DNA of 63,077 bases, filler included, from an uncultured bacterium (GTDB lineage: Bacteria > Latescibacterota > UBA2968), in the NCBI GenBank assembly GCA_964471275.1. It is 11 parts of 11 records of this genome, joined end to end, with 100 filler letters (N's around TTAATTAATTAA, not from the genome) between each part and the next. Parts side by side here need not be neighbours in the genome. Positions count along the whole stretch, not along the records: positions 34,991 to 40,598 come from CAYYGZ010000275.1; positions 40,699 to 46,285 come from CAYYGZ010000276.1; positions 46,386 to 51,899 come from CAYYGZ010000277.1; 8 more parts are not named here. The stretch is one strand, 5' to 3'. Positions 38,374 through 49,871 of the stretch are shown one piece after another; positions within the stretch are counted from its first letter, which is position 1, and every line of letters starts with the position of its first letter. The translations under genes were made by a program, and so were the position numbers. The notes beneath the pieces were generated by a model. It was not told the DNA's origin and made no database searches. It worked only from the letters and a program-made list of their open reading frames with translations.

Positions 38374-39888
38374 GTGATGGCCGACACTTCACCTCTCGCC
38401 GACTACCTTTCATCAGGCAAACAGGCGAACTCCGGGTTCATAGCCTATCTGGCATCACTCGAGTGCGTTCACGCGGTTCTGCCCGAAGCAGCTCGATCGG
38501 TTGTCCAGGAATTGGTCGACCAACGCAGCAACCTCAAGATGATCGCGAGCGAGAACTACTGTTCGTTGCCCACACAGCTCGCGATGGGTAACCTTCTCAC
38601 GGACAAGTACGCCGAGGGTATCCCCGATCACCGTTTCTACGCCGGCTGTGACAACATTGACGCGATCGAAAGCAAGGCCGCAGGACTCGCCTGCGATCTG
38701 TTCGGTGCTCAGCACGCGTATGTGCAGCCCCACTCCGGCGCCGACGCAAACATGGTTGCCTTCTGGGCGATTCTCTCCGGTCGCATCCAGGATCCCAAGC
38801 TCGAGTCTTTCGACGTTACCAGTCCTTTTGACCTGACCGACGCGCAGTGGAGGGAGATCCGGTCGGATCTCGGTAACCAGCGTCTGCTGGGTCTCGACCT
38901 GTCATCCGGCGGTCATCTGACCCACGGATACAAGGTCAACGTCTCCGGACGCATGTTCGAGTCCCATTCATACACGGTCAGCAAGGAGACAGGCCTTCTC
39001 GACTACGACCAGATTCGGGAACAGGCAAGGGAAGTCAAACCGCTCGTTCTGATCGCCGGATACAGTGCATACCCACGCAAGATCAACTTCCGCATCTTCA
39101 AGGAGATAGCGGATGAAGTCAGCGCTGTCTTCATGGTCGACATGGCCCATTTCGCCGGTCTTGTCGCGGGCAAGGTTTTTGAGGGTGACTTCGACCCGGT
39201 CGCCCACGCTGACATCGTCACAACCACCACGCACAAGACGCTGCGGGGTCCGCGGGGCGGAATGGTGATGTGCACTAAGGAGTTCGCAGATCAGGTTGAC
39301 AAGGGGTGCCCCATGGTTCTGGGCGGCCCGCTTCCGCACGTGATGGCAGCGAAGGCCGTAGCATTCCAGGAGGCCAGTACACAGACGTTCCGCGACTACG
39401 CGGGGAGAATCGTCTCGAATGCGCAGGCGCTTGCCCAAGGCTTGATCGACGAAGGTCACACCGTTCTGACTGGCGGAACAGAGAATCACCTACTCCAGAT
39501 CGACGTCCGTCCCTTCGACATCAATGGCCGTCAGGCAGAAGGTGCTTTGCGCGAGGCCAACATCACGCTCAACCGCAACACCATTCCCTTCGATCCGAAC
39601 GGGGCGTGGTATACGAGCGGACTCCGAGTTGGCACACCAGCGCTCACGACACTCGGTATGGGAACCGACGAAATGAATGAAATCGCCGGTGTCTTCAAGC
39701 AGATCCTGTCAAACACGCGCGCAGCCAAGATCACAAAAGGAAAGAATGCCGGGCAGATGAGCAAAGCACGCTACAGGATCAAAGACGGTGCGCTCTCGTC
39801 GGCCAAAGACCAGATCTCGAGTCTCCTGGACCGCTTCACGCTCTATCCGGAGATCGACCTGGAGTACTTACAGAAATCGTTCGCGTAA
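38374..39888 (+). CDS. glyA: Serine hydroxymethyltransferase (long form)
   Basis: [49 protein letters not shown]. Confidence 0.97.
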   Translation: MMADTSPLADYLSSGKQANSGFIAYLASLECVHAVLPEAARSVVQELVDQRSNLKMIASENYCSLPTQLAMGNLLTDKYAEGIPDHRFYAGCDNIDAIESKAAGLACDLFGAQHAYVQPHSGADANMVAFWAILSGRIQDPKLESFDVTSPFDLTDAQWREIRSDLGNQRLLGLDLSSGGHLTHGYKVNVSGRMFESHSYTVSKETGLLDYDQIREQAREVKPLVLIAGYSAYPRKINFRIFKEIADEVSAVFMVDMAHFAGLVAGKVFEGDFDPVAHADIVTTTTHKTLRGPRGGMVMCTKEFADQVDKGCPMVLGGPLPHVMAAKAVAFQEASTQTFRDYAGRIVSNAQALAQGLIDEGHTVLTGGTENHLLQIDVRPFDINGRQAEGALREANITLNRNTIPFDPNGAWYTSGLRVGTPALTTLGMGTDEMNEIAGVFKQILSNTRAAKITKGKNAGQMSKARYRIKDGALSSAKDQISSLLDRFTLYPEIDLEYLQKSFA

Positions 39889-40001
39889 TCAACGTCAGTG
39901 GTGTGACCGTCCATTCGCAAGAATCACAGAGGTGTGAGGGAGTGGCGAACCGGGGGATCCATCTCCTCTGCCCCGCTGCTTCCCGGCCCCCCCTGCTGCC
40001 T

Positions 40002-40481
40002 ATGAAGCTCTCACTCATCGTGTGCATGGCCAAGAACCGCGTCATCGGTCGCGGTAGCGAGATTCCCTGGGACGTCCCGGGGGAGCAGAAAATCTTTCGC
40101 AGGGCCACCTCGGGTCATACGGTCATTATGGGTCGCAAGACCTACGAATCGATCGGCAGGGCGCTTCCCAGACGAACGAACATCGTCGTCACAAGACAAT
40201 CTAATTATGATGCACCCGGATGCACTGTGGTGTCGGATATCTCTTCTGCTCTCGATGCCGTACCTGACGAGGAAGACGAAGTATTCATCATAGGCGGGGG
40301 TCAGCTCTATGCCGAAACCGTTGACCGTGCAGACCGGATATACCTTTCTATACTGTCCACTGAAATCGACGGCGACATCACGTTTCCTGAATTCGACGAA
40401 GATGATTTTCTGTCTCTCTCGACAGAAGCATTCGCCGACGCTTTGATTCCCTACACATACACGATATTGGAACGTCGTTAG
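40002..40481 (+). CDS. folA: Dihydrofolate reductase (DfrA12-like sequence features)
   Basis: MKLSLIV...NRVIG....IPW..PGEQKIFR, IMGRKTYESIG..LP.R, IIGGGQLY, GD..FP. Confidence 0.93.
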   Translation: MKLSLIVCMAKNRVIGRGSEIPWDVPGEQKIFRRATSGHTVIMGRKTYESIGRALPRRTNIVVTRQSNYDAPGCTVVSDISSALDAVPDEEDEVFIIGGGQLYAETVDRADRIYLSILSTEIDGDITFPEFDEDDFLSLSTEAFADALIPYTYTILERR

Positions 40482-40741
40482 CTGGCTTCTCCAGATCGGA
40501 TCGGCATCAACCGACACTTCGACGCGCGCTCAGTGTGACGGTGCAGGTCAACTGAGATAACAAGGAATTCTCATGGCTCTCGATTCCATTTCACCGCTNN
40601 NNNNNNNNNNNNNNNNNNNNNNNNNNNNNNNNNNNNNNNNNNTTAATTAATTAANNNNNNNNNNNNNNNNNNNNNNNNNNNNNNNNNNNNNNNNNNNNGG
40701 TCGTCGATAAGGTCGTAACAGGCCCTTCTCTCGTAGAATCC

Positions 40742-40776
40742 AGAAAAGACGACCGGCCCACCGGTCGTCTTTTTCT
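40742..40776 (+). terminator. Intrinsic terminator after an upstream gene (truncated)
   Basis: AGAAAAGACGACCGG-CCCA-CCGGTCGTCTTTTTCT. Confidence 0.8.
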
Positions 40777-40794
40777 CTTTCACCTGCGATTACC

Positions 40795-42024
40795 ATGCAC
40801 GAAACCTACAGAAAAACTGTTGTCGAATCTGATGGGCCGACCGTCGTGACCGAACGCGTGGATGGCGTGCGATCTGTGTCGCTCGGGCTCTGGATCCGTG
40901 TCGGGGCGCGAGATGAGCAACCCGATGAACAGGGGATCTCGCACTTTGTCGAGCACGCCGTCTTCAAGGGGACCGAGCGTCGAGACGCCTTCGAGATCGC
41001 GAATAGCCTGGAATCGCTTGGGGGGAGTCTGGATGCGTTTACGAGCCGGGATGTGACTTGTTACCACGCGCGCTGTCTCGACGAGCACCTCGAGATAGCG
41101 CTGGACGTGCTGGCCGACCTCGTTCAGAACGCGACATTTGCCCCTGAAGAGATCAGCAGGGAGAAGCGTGTCATCCTCGAAGAGATTCAGAGCGTGGAGG
41201 ATACACCCGAAGACTTGATCCACGACCTGTTCGCACAGTCGGTCTGGGGCCGACATCCCATCGGCGCTCCCATTCTGGGAACACCCGAGACCGTGAATGC
41301 AATGGACATCGACCATCTGAGGCGATACACCCTGACGCATTATCACCCGGAAAATGTGCTCATCTCCGCCGCAGGAAGGTTAGATCATGACAGGGTGGTT
41401 GAGAGCGTTGCCAGTAATTTCAGTAAGCCCCGAGGGACCCGTGCCGCGTCGCGCGACGTCCCATCCAAGGTACCCCGCTCTTATCAGCACTATCATCGAG
41501 ATATCGGTCAGACGCACTTTTGTCTGGGGAAGACTTCGTGGTCCTATATCCACCCGCGTCAGTATGACCTGCTCGTGGCGAATGCCGTCCTCGGCGGAGG
41601 CATGACCTCTCGTCTATTCCAGGAGATTCGAGAGAAACGGGGCCTCGCATATTCTGTTTATTCTTATGTTGAAACGTTGGAGGATACGGGCTTGTTCAGC
41701 ACGTATATGGCCTGTGATAGAGGTCGACTGAAAGATGCCGTAGAACTCGTTTTGGGAGAGTTAGCTTCTCTGAAAGAAAAGGGCGTTACGGAAGCTGAGC
41801 TGGTAAGCGCGAAGGCCCAGCTCAAAGGAGAGCTCATTCTTGGTGCGGAGAGCATGAGCCACCGAATGAGCAACATGGCCTATGATGAAATGTATCTTCA
41901 GCGATATCTGTCTACGGACGCATCACTGAAGGAAATCGACAGCGTCACGCTTGAAGGTGTCTGGCAAGCGTGTCAGACGCTTCACGACGAGCAAGGGATG
42001 CATCAGGTGACGGTCGGTCCCTGA
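40795..42024 (+). CDS. M16 (pitrilysin/MPP-like) Zn peptidase
   Basis: Inverted zinc motif HFVEH..FKGT, E...I.EE, LGGGMTSRLFQEIREKRGLAYSV. Confidence 0.95.
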   Translation: MHETYRKTVVESDGPTVVTERVDGVRSVSLGLWIRVGARDEQPDEQGISHFVEHAVFKGTERRDAFEIANSLESLGGSLDAFTSRDVTCYHARCLDEHLEIALDVLADLVQNATFAPEEISREKRVILEEIQSVEDTPEDLIHDLFAQSVWGRHPIGAPILGTPETVNAMDIDHLRRYTLTHYHPENVLISAAGRLDHDRVVESVASNFSKPRGTRAASRDVPSKVPRSYQHYHRDIGQTHFCLGKTSWSYIHPRQYDLLVANAVLGGGMTSRLFQEIREKRGLAYSVYSYVETLEDTGLFSTYMACDRGRLKDAVELVLGELASLKEKGVTEAELVSAKAQLKGELILGAESMSHRMSNMAYDEMYLQRYLSTDASLKEIDSVTLEGVWQACQTLHDEQGMHQVTVGP

Positions 42025-42066
42025 TCTAACGGGTACGTGCAGGGAGAAAGCGGACTGGTGGGCAGA

Positions 42067-43362
42067 ATGGCTGAAATGATTCGAATCCTGGATGTGGCAG
42101 ACTTCGACGAGAAGGAAGTCTGTATCCAGGGGTGGCTCTACAACAAGCGTTCAAGTGGAAAGCTCCACTTTCTGCAGATACGCGATGGCTCGGCGACGAT
42201 TCAGTGCGTCGTGTTCAAGGGTGAGGTGGATGAGACGACCTTCGAGGTCGCGAGGGAGATGACGCAGGAGAGCTCGGTTCGTATCACAGGTACGGTTCGC
42301 GAGGACAAACGGTCGACGCTCGGTTTCGAGCTGGGTGTCAGCGAGATCTCGGTCCTGCAGACAGCTGAACCCTATCCGATCACGCCCAAGGAGCACGGCA
42401 CAGCATTCTTGATGGACCATCGTCATTTGTGGCTGCGCTCGTCGCGCCAGCACACGATCGTTCGTATTCGCGCTACCATCATCAAGGCGTGCCGTGACTA
42501 CTACGACGACAACGGCTTCGTCCTTGTGGATGCGCCAATCTTCACGCCCAATGCCTGTGAAGGTACGACGACACTGTTCGAAACGAAATACTTCGGTGAG
42601 CGGGCATTTTTAACCCAGAGTGGCCAGCTGTACTCAGAAGCCGCGGCGATGGCCTTCGGCAAGGTCTACTGCTTTGGTCCCACCTTTCGAGCGGAAAAAT
42701 CGAAAACACGTCGGCATCTAACCGAGTTCTGGATGATCGAGCCCGAAGTCGCCTACATGGATCTCGATGGCGACATGGACCTGGCGGAAGACTTCATCTG
42801 CTACGTTGCGGGACAGGTTCTCGAGAAGCATCGCGCTGACCTGGAGACTCTCGAACGGGAGGTCTCTGCGCTGGAGAGAATCCAGAAACCGTTTCCTCGA
42901 GTCTCCTATACCGAAGCGGTCGCCAAGCTGAAAGAACACGGTGTGGATCACGAGTGGGGGAAGGATTTCGGCGGGGACGAGGAGACCGTCCTTGCGGAAT
43001 CCTACGATCGCCCCGTTATCGTCCATCGATATCCGTCCGAGATCAAGGCGTTCTACATGAAAGCCGATCCTGTGGACCCGAAGTTGGCTCTCTGTATGGA
43101 TGTACTTGCCCCCGAGGGGTATGGCGAAATCATCGGAGGGGGACAACGTGAAGACGATCTGGACATTCTACAATCCAAGATCAGCGAACACGATCTATCC
43201 GAGGAGGCGTTCAGCTGGTATCTAGATCTGCGACGTTATGGGTCGGTTCCTCACGCGGGCTTCGGTCTGGGAATCGAGAGAACCGTCGCCTGGTTGTGTG
43301 GTCTGCCACACGTCCGTGAGACGATTCCCTTCCCGCGCATGCTGCAGCGCTTGTCGCCGTAG
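42067..43362 (+). CDS. asnS: Asparagine--tRNA ligase
   Basis: [70 protein letters not shown]. Confidence 0.97.
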   Translation: MAEMIRILDVADFDEKEVCIQGWLYNKRSSGKLHFLQIRDGSATIQCVVFKGEVDETTFEVAREMTQESSVRITGTVREDKRSTLGFELGVSEISVLQTAEPYPITPKEHGTAFLMDHRHLWLRSSRQHTIVRIRATIIKACRDYYDDNGFVLVDAPIFTPNACEGTTTLFETKYFGERAFLTQSGQLYSEAAAMAFGKVYCFGPTFRAEKSKTRRHLTEFWMIEPEVAYMDLDGDMDLAEDFICYVAGQVLEKHRADLETLEREVSALERIQKPFPRVSYTEAVAKLKEHGVDHEWGKDFGGDEETVLAESYDRPVIVHRYPSEIKAFYMKADPVDPKLALCMDVLAPEGYGEIIGGGQREDDLDILQSKISEHDLSEEAFSWYLDLRRYGSVPHAGFGLGIERTVAWLCGLPHVRETIPFPRMLQRLSP

Positions 43363-43383
43363 ACGAATTGACCAAGGAGTGAT

Positions 43384-46279
43384 GTGACGATGGATCAGGG
43401 CGAATACAATTTTCGCGATATAGAAAAGCGCTGGCGAGAGCATTGGGTTGCAGAGAAAACGTTCCGATCCCCGGGCCCGGGGAACGACGGGTTCGACCCC
43501 GACAAGACCAAGTTCTACATGCTGGACATGTTCCCCTACACGAGTGGGGACGGTCTACACATCGGTCACGCCAAGCAGTATGTGGCATCGGATGTGTATG
43601 CGCGCTACAAGCGAAACCGAGGTTTCAGTGTGCTTCACCCGATGGGATTCGACAGCTTTGGTCTCCCGGCAGAGCAATACGCCGTCGAGCACAATATCCA
43701 TCCCCAGGTTTACACCGAGGACAATATCCGGGTGATTACGCGCCAGTTCCAATACCTGGGTCTCGGCTACGACTGGGATCGCGAACTCGCAACCTCTCGG
43801 CCCGACTTCTACAAGTGGACACAGTGGATCTTTCTGCAGATGTACGATGCCTGGTTCGACACAGACTTCGAGTGGGTAGATGAGGCCGGAGTGGCGCAGA
43901 CGGGAAAGGGGCGCCCCATATCCGAACTCGTGGCGGGCTTCGAGTCCGGCCGTCAGCTGTCGGAACGGGATCTGGGGGTGCTCGTCATAGATGAAGCCGT
44001 GCCCTGGGATGCGCTGACCCAGGTCCAGCGGTACCGGGTCCTGAACAACTACCGTCTGGCCTACGAAGAGGAAGCCGTGGTCAATTGGTGCCCACGGCTG
44101 GGCACTGTTCTGGCGAACGAGGAGGTCACGAATGACGGGTTGAGTGAGCGAGGCGACTACCCGGTGTATCGCCGACCTCTGCGTCAGTGGATCATGCGAA
44201 TCACCGGCTACTCGGACCGTCTGCTGGCCGACCTTGACGTGGNNNNNNNNNNACAGGATGCCGGACGGTAAAGGGGGGCACTTCGCCCTGGATTGGCCTG
44301 ATGCGCTGAAGAGAATGCAGACGAACTGGATCGGTCGGAGCGACGGTGCCGAAGTCGACTTCGATGTGCAGAAGCCGAACAGCGAGGATGTTCGAGGCAC
44401 GGTACGGATCTTTACCACACGGCCGGACACACTCTTCGGAGCGACTTTCATGGTCCTAGCCCCGGAACATCCGCTGGTGTGCCTCGACTCCGATGACTAC
44501 AACGTCCCTGAGTCCTGGCCCGACGGCACCCCCGATACGTGGAAGGGTGAGGACATCTCGAAAGATATCCGTACCGCGCTCGCTGACTACGCACGCGAAG
44601 CAGAGCGTGCAGAGCTGGCTAAGGAGAGAGCGGAAAAGGACAAGACCGGAATGTTCGCTGGGTTCCATTGCGTGAACCCGGTGAACGGGGCCAGGGTGCC
44701 CGTATTTGTCGCTGACTACGTGTCGATGGGATATGGCTCTGGCGCAATCATGGCCGTTCCCGCTCACGACGATCGCGACTATGTGTTCGCGGAGACCTTT
44801 GGGCTGGAGATCATCGAAGTGGTCGAGGCTCCGCCTGGTACCGAGGAGAAATGCTACATGGGGGAAGGTGTCGCGATTCGATCACCCGAGAGCGGTGACG
44901 GTCTTTACGCGATCACGGGCCTGCCCACGCCGGAAGCCAAGCAGAAGATCATCGCAGATCTGGTCTCGTCCGAGAGGGGAGAGGCCGCCGTCAACTACAA
45001 GCTGAGAGACTGGGTCTTTTCCCGTCAGCACTATTGGGGCGAGCCCTTTCCTCTGGCACATACGACCGACGGACGCACGCTGACAGTAGATATCCCGGTA
45101 TTGCTTCCGGAAATGGATGACTTCCATCCAGAGACATCGGATTCGCCCGACGCGCCGATTCGCCCGCCACTTGGACGCGCAGGTGAGGATTGGCGAATGG
45201 TTGAAATCGACGAGGACGTCTGCGAGCGTGAACTCAACTCGATGCCTCAGTGGGCGGGATCCTGCTGGTACTACCTGCGATTCATGGATCCCACCAACGA
45301 CCAGGCCTTCTGCGGGGACGACAAGCAGAGATACTTTGGACCCGTCGACCTGTATGTGGGGGGGGCCGAGCACGCGGTTCTACATCTGCTCTACTCCCGC
45401 TTCTGGCACAAGGTGCTCTACGATCTGGGTCACGTGGCGACACCTGAACCCTTCAAGAAGCTCTACAACCAAGGGATGGTGACTGCAGATGCGTTTACGG
45501 ATGCTCGCGGTGTGTATGTCGACATCCGGGCAGTCGACATCCGGGACGGCGAGGGATACGATCGGGCATCGGGGGAGAAACTGACGAAGATCCCGGGCAA
45601 GATGGGCAAGCGCTACAAGAATGGGCTCGCACCCGAAGAGGTGGGGGAGGACTACGGTGTCGACGCGCTCAGACTCTACGAGGTCTACATGGGACCTCTG
45701 GACGCCACGGCTCCCTGGAGTATGGACGGGATACGCGGAATGCAGCGATTCCTTCAGCGAGCCTGGCGCAACCTGGTCTCGGAGGACCGGAAGCCCAGGA
45801 TCGGCGGAGAGTTGACAGGAGATCTGGAGCGGTTGATGCACCAAACAATCATCCGCGTAACCGACCATCTGGAGGACCTCCGGTTCAACACGGCAATCGC
45901 CGCGTTGATCGAGCTAAACAACGAGGTCAATGGGATGGAGGCGCTTCCTGAAGCCTTATATCGAAACTACGTGGTGATGCTGTCACCGTTCGCTCCGCAT
46001 ATGTGCGAGGAGATCTGGGAGATGTTGGGTGAAACCGATACCATCTCACGGACGGCCTGGCCAAAAGCTCACGAAGAGCTGGCGGCGGTTGACACGATCG
46101 AGATGCCGGTTCAGGTCAACGGCAAGATGAGGGCCAAATTCAGTGTCGCGGCGGATGCCGAAAAGGAGGACGTCGAGCGGATCGCCCTGGAGCAGGAGAA
46201 CGTCGTTCGACATCTGGAGGGTAGAGAACCGCAGAAGGTGATCGTGGTTCCCGGTCGAATGGTCAACATCGTCGTCTGA
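43384..46279 (+). CDS. leuS: Leucine--tRNA ligase; split in the ORF track only by the 10-N gap at 44243-44252
   Basis: [64 protein letters not shown] (KMSKS equivalent). Confidence 0.96.
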
Positions 46280-46386
46280 TGCCTANNNNNNNNNNNNNNN
46301 NNNNNNNNNNNNNNNNNNNNNNNNNNNNNTTAATTAATTAANNNNNNNNNNNNNNNNNNNNNNNNNNNNNNNNNNNNNNNNNNNNA

Positions 46387-47217
46387 TCCGCAATCGGTGT
46401 GGAGCCGCGAAGCACCTATGACGAACCTTCGGCGCCAGACCAACCCGAGCCGGACTTGAACAACGCCAGCCTGTGCTATCGAATCACTCAGCTGAAGGAC
46501 CACGAGCCTGGCGAGATCCCGCCGCCGCCCGACGGCATCGACCTGAATGCGATCAATCCCGTGACGAGTATACGGACATACCCGAACGGCGATCGGAACA
46601 TGAACCCGCTCCAGCTCATGACCGGCCGGGAGGCATTCGAACTGGGGGAGAAGGAGTATGCGGAATCGTATCGCCGGATCAAGGCGCAGTGGCACGTTCT
46701 GCAGACACGATACGGATTTGAGTTCGAACGCTGGCGTATGACCCGTGTCAGTCCGATGTTGGGCATCCGGGAAACGCACCGACTGGTAGGTGAACACGTC
46801 CTGACGGAACACGATGTCGAAACGCCGCTCGCCGCCACCACATACGATGACATCATCGGGTTCGCTGATCACGCCTTGGATTTCCACGGTTCTCGTCCCA
46901 GCCGGCAGTTGATCAACGGTCCCTACGGCATTCCCTTTCGCTGTCTGCTGACAAAGGAATACGACAATCTGATGGTCGCGTGTTGGGGAGCGAGCTTCTC
47001 GTCAATCGGAGCATCGACACGCAGGCTCAGCCGCACCCTGATGGTTCTCGGCCAGGCTGCAGGCACTGCGGCGGCCTTGTTCGGAGAATCCGTAAAGCAA
47101 TTTGACTCGGGAAGACTGCGCGAAACACTTTCTGACGACGGCATCGCCCTTGAATTGAAGGATGGCTACCTCGATGCGATGCCGGACGTGGACCCCATCC
47201 AGACCAGAGACTGGTAG
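46387..47217 (+). CDS. FAD-dependent oxidoreductase (FAD_oxidored-type), 5' truncated
   Basis: GIRETHRLVGE.VLTE.D, YGIPFRCL, NL.VA, LGQAAGTAAAL. Confidence 0.85.
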   Translation, partial: SAIGVEPRSTYDEPSAPDQPEPDLNNASLCYRITQLKDHEPGEIPPPPDGIDLNAINPVTSIRTYPNGDRNMNPLQLMTGREAFELGEKEYAESYRRIKAQWHVLQTRYGFEFERWRMTRVSPMLGIRETHRLVGEHVLTEHDVETPLAATTYDDIIGFADHALDFHGSRPSRQLINGPYGIPFRCLLTKEYDNLMVACWGASFSSIGASTRRLSRTLMVLGQAAGTAAALFGESVKQFDSGRLRETLSDDGIALELKDGYLDAMPDVDPIQTRDW

Positions 47218-47230
47218 CGAGAGAGAACGA

Positions 47231-47983
47231 ATGGGAGTAATCAAGGAATGTGAAGTACGAGGCCTGGAGATTCTGTTGGACGTCGATACCGAAGCAGAGC
47301 CAGGTGAAGTAAGGAACTACGAAATGTGGCGAGTGGGCCACTACGATCACAAGGAACCGGACACGCTCGACTGGATCGATGCCCATTTCAAGCCCGGCGA
47401 CACAGTCTTCGACGTTGGCGCCAATATCGGGCAATACTCGCTCTATGCGGCGAAACGGCTCGGGGGAGAGACCCGGATTCTGGCGTTCGAGCCCGAAGCA
47501 CTCAACTTCGCCAAGCTCAACCGGAATATCGTCCTGAATGATCTGGTGGATGTCATCGTCCCCTATCCGATTGCCATATCGAATCGGACTGCTGTCGATA
47601 CGTTCTACTCGAAAACATTCGCGGTCGGCGCCTCGCTTCACGCACTGGGGCGCGAGATCACACAGGGCGAGGTCGCTTTCGAGCCGCAGAACCGCCAGGG
47701 CACCGTCGCATCCTCCCTTGATGACCTGACGACGCAGTTCGGGCTCCCCGTGCCGAATCACATCAAGGTCGATGTCGATGGAATCGAAGATCTGATCGTC
47801 GATGGCGCAGCCGGCCTATTCAAGAAAAGTGAACTCCGGACGTTCCTGATCGAAGTCTACATGCACGGTGACATCGCGGATCGAGTTCGGAGAAGCTTCA
47901 TGGAAGGCGGGTTCATACTGTCGAATGAATCGGACACCGATTTCACTGAGGGCGTCGTTCAGAACCTCATCTTCACACGATAG
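47231..47983 (+). CDS. FkbM family methyltransferase
   Basis: FDVGANIGQYSL, AFEPE..N, IKVDVDG.E..I..GA. Confidence 0.92.
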   Translation: MGVIKECEVRGLEILLDVDTEAEPGEVRNYEMWRVGHYDHKEPDTLDWIDAHFKPGDTVFDVGANIGQYSLYAAKRLGGETRILAFEPEALNFAKLNRNIVLNDLVDVIVPYPIAISNRTAVDTFYSKTFAVGASLHALGREITQGEVAFEPQNRQGTVASSLDDLTTQFGLPVPNHIKVDVDGIEDLIVDGAAGLFKKSELRTFLIEVYMHGDIADRVRRSFMEGGFILSNESDTDFTEGVVQNLIFTR

Positions 47984-48031
47984 ACTGCTGTTTCTGACCT
48001 CGACCACATCGCAGTAAAGGTAGGTAACACC

Positions 48032-49858
48032 GTGGCTGACCAGCATCTGGATCCCGAAACGCTTCTGGATAACCTGCGGCAAGAACACCCACGCCTGATC
48101 ATGACGAACGAGCGGCTTGCCGCACTTAAGCGACAGGCAGAAACAGACACGACGCTTCAGGACTATATCTCCCAGGTCATCGGACAGGCCGACGAGGCCG
48201 CTGACAAGGCCCCGCTGGAGCACAAGATCCCGGACGGGATTCGGCTTCTCGGCGTCAGCCGCGATTGCGTTGACCGGGTCTATAAACTCGGTCTCGCCTG
48301 GCGTTGGACAGGCGAGCAGAAATACTTCGATGCCGGAGTCGATGCGATCACGCGCGCGGCTCGATTCCCGGACTGGAATCCGTCTCATTTCCTCGACACG
48401 GGCGAAATGTCACACGCCGTCGGGCTCGGGTATGACTGGTTCTACCACGAACTCACGGAGAAACAGCGTGAGACGATCAAAGCGGGCCTAATCCGAAATG
48501 GATTGGAGATCGGCATTGAAGCCTACGGGGAGAACGCACCGACGGAACCACGTCGGAATCGTCGCTACGGCTGGTGGAAAGACTGTGACCATAACTGGAA
48601 TCAGGTCTGTAACTGCGGTCTTGTCACTGGGTCTCTGGCCATCGCGGAATCCAACCCCGAGTACGCCCGGTCGATCATCCCTTCGGCTGTCGCATCGCTC
48701 CCGAAGGCGCTGAAGATGTACGGTCCCGATGGGGCTTGGGCAGAAGGCCCTGGCTACTGGGATTACGCCACACGCTACACGGCCTATGGTTTCACGGCCC
48801 TCAGAACAGCCCTCGACACCGATTTCGAGCTACTCGACATCGACGGTGTCTCGGAAGCCGGATATGCGCCCATCTACACGACAGGTCCCAGGGGTCTCTA
48901 CCTGAACTACGCGGACAGTGGGGAGCGAAATGTACGAAGACCGATGTTCCAGGTCTTCTGGCTGGCGGACGTCTTCAAGAGCGATTTCATGGCTGCGAAC
49001 GAACACGACCTGATTTCGGAACACGGGGTTACGGCCCAGCACGTCGTGTGGTATGTGCCGAAGCCTCCTTCAGCAGCTGACGACCGACCGCTGGACAAGC
49101 AGTTTCGGGGTCCGGTTGAGGTCGCCCTGATGCGAAGCGGGTGGGATGATCCGGATGCGCTGTTTGTGGGGTTCAAAGCTGGCTACAACCAGGCAAACCA
49201 CGCGCACCTCGACCTCGGCAACTTCGAACTCGATGCACTCGGTGTTCGCTGGATCCGCGATCTCGGTTCAGATCACTACAACCTCCCGAATTACTGGAAC
49301 GGTGAGCGGGGCGGAGACAGGTGGAACTATTGGCGTCTCGGTGCACACAGCCACAACGTCATCTCTTTGGATGGCCAGAACCAGGATGCGCTCGCAACGT
49401 CAAGGATGACCTGGTTCTCGTCCGATGGCGATGCAGCTTGTGCTGTCGTGGATCTGTCCGAAGCCTATGCGGGCTCTGCCTTGAAGGTTTGCCGCGGTAT
49501 CGCGATGGTAGACAATCGCCGGGCCGTTTTGGTCCAGGACGAAGTGACCACGGCCGCAGAAACCGCGGTGACGTGGGGCATCACGACAGACGCGGAGATC
49601 GAGATCATCTCGGCCACCGAGGCAAGGCTGACACAGGACGGACAATCGATGATCGTGCACGCGCTCACGCCAAACGTGTCTTTCACCGCGGGCGATGCAC
49701 CCCAGACTGAGCCCCCGGCCTACAGCAACAAGGGAGTCCGCCGTCTGGAGACGACTGTCAGCGCGACCGGGATAACGACGATTGCCATCCTGCTGGCGCC
49801 AAAGCGGTCGGATGGGATAGCAGAATACACAGAGGTCAACCCCCTATCAGAGTGGTAG
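48032..49858 (+). CDS. Heparinase II/III family polysaccharide lyase-like protein
   Basis: HPRL, DWNPSHFLD.GE, NWNQVCN.G, PDGAW.EGPGYW.Y, NH.HLD.G.F, HSHN. Confidence 0.9.
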   Translation: MADQHLDPETLLDNLRQEHPRLIMTNERLAALKRQAETDTTLQDYISQVIGQADEAADKAPLEHKIPDGIRLLGVSRDCVDRVYKLGLAWRWTGEQKYFDAGVDAITRAARFPDWNPSHFLDTGEMSHAVGLGYDWFYHELTEKQRETIKAGLIRNGLEIGIEAYGENAPTEPRRNRRYGWWKDCDHNWNQVCNCGLVTGSLAIAESNPEYARSIIPSAVASLPKALKMYGPDGAWAEGPGYWDYATRYTAYGFTALRTALDTDFELLDIDGVSEAGYAPIYTTGPRGLYLNYADSGERNVRRPMFQVFWLADVFKSDFMAANEHDLISEHGVTAQHVVWYVPKPPSAADDRPLDKQFRGPVEVALMRSGWDDPDALFVGFKAGYNQANHAHLDLGNFELDALGVRWIRDLGSDHYNLPNYWNGERGGDRWNYWRLGAHSHNVISLDGQNQDALATSRMTWFSSDGDAACAVVDLSEAYAGSALKVCRGIAMVDNRRAVLVQDEVTTAAETAVTWGITTDAEIEIISATEARLTQDGQSMIVHALTPNVSFTAGDAPQTEPPAYSNKGVRRLETTVSATGITTIAILLAPKRSDGIAEYTEVNPLSEW

Positions 49859-49871
49859 ACAAGAGGTTATT

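Noticed and set aside
44243..44252. Split leuS as a programmed frameshift or two-subunit LeuRS
   Set aside because: The frame change coincides with a fixed-length 10-N scaffold gap.
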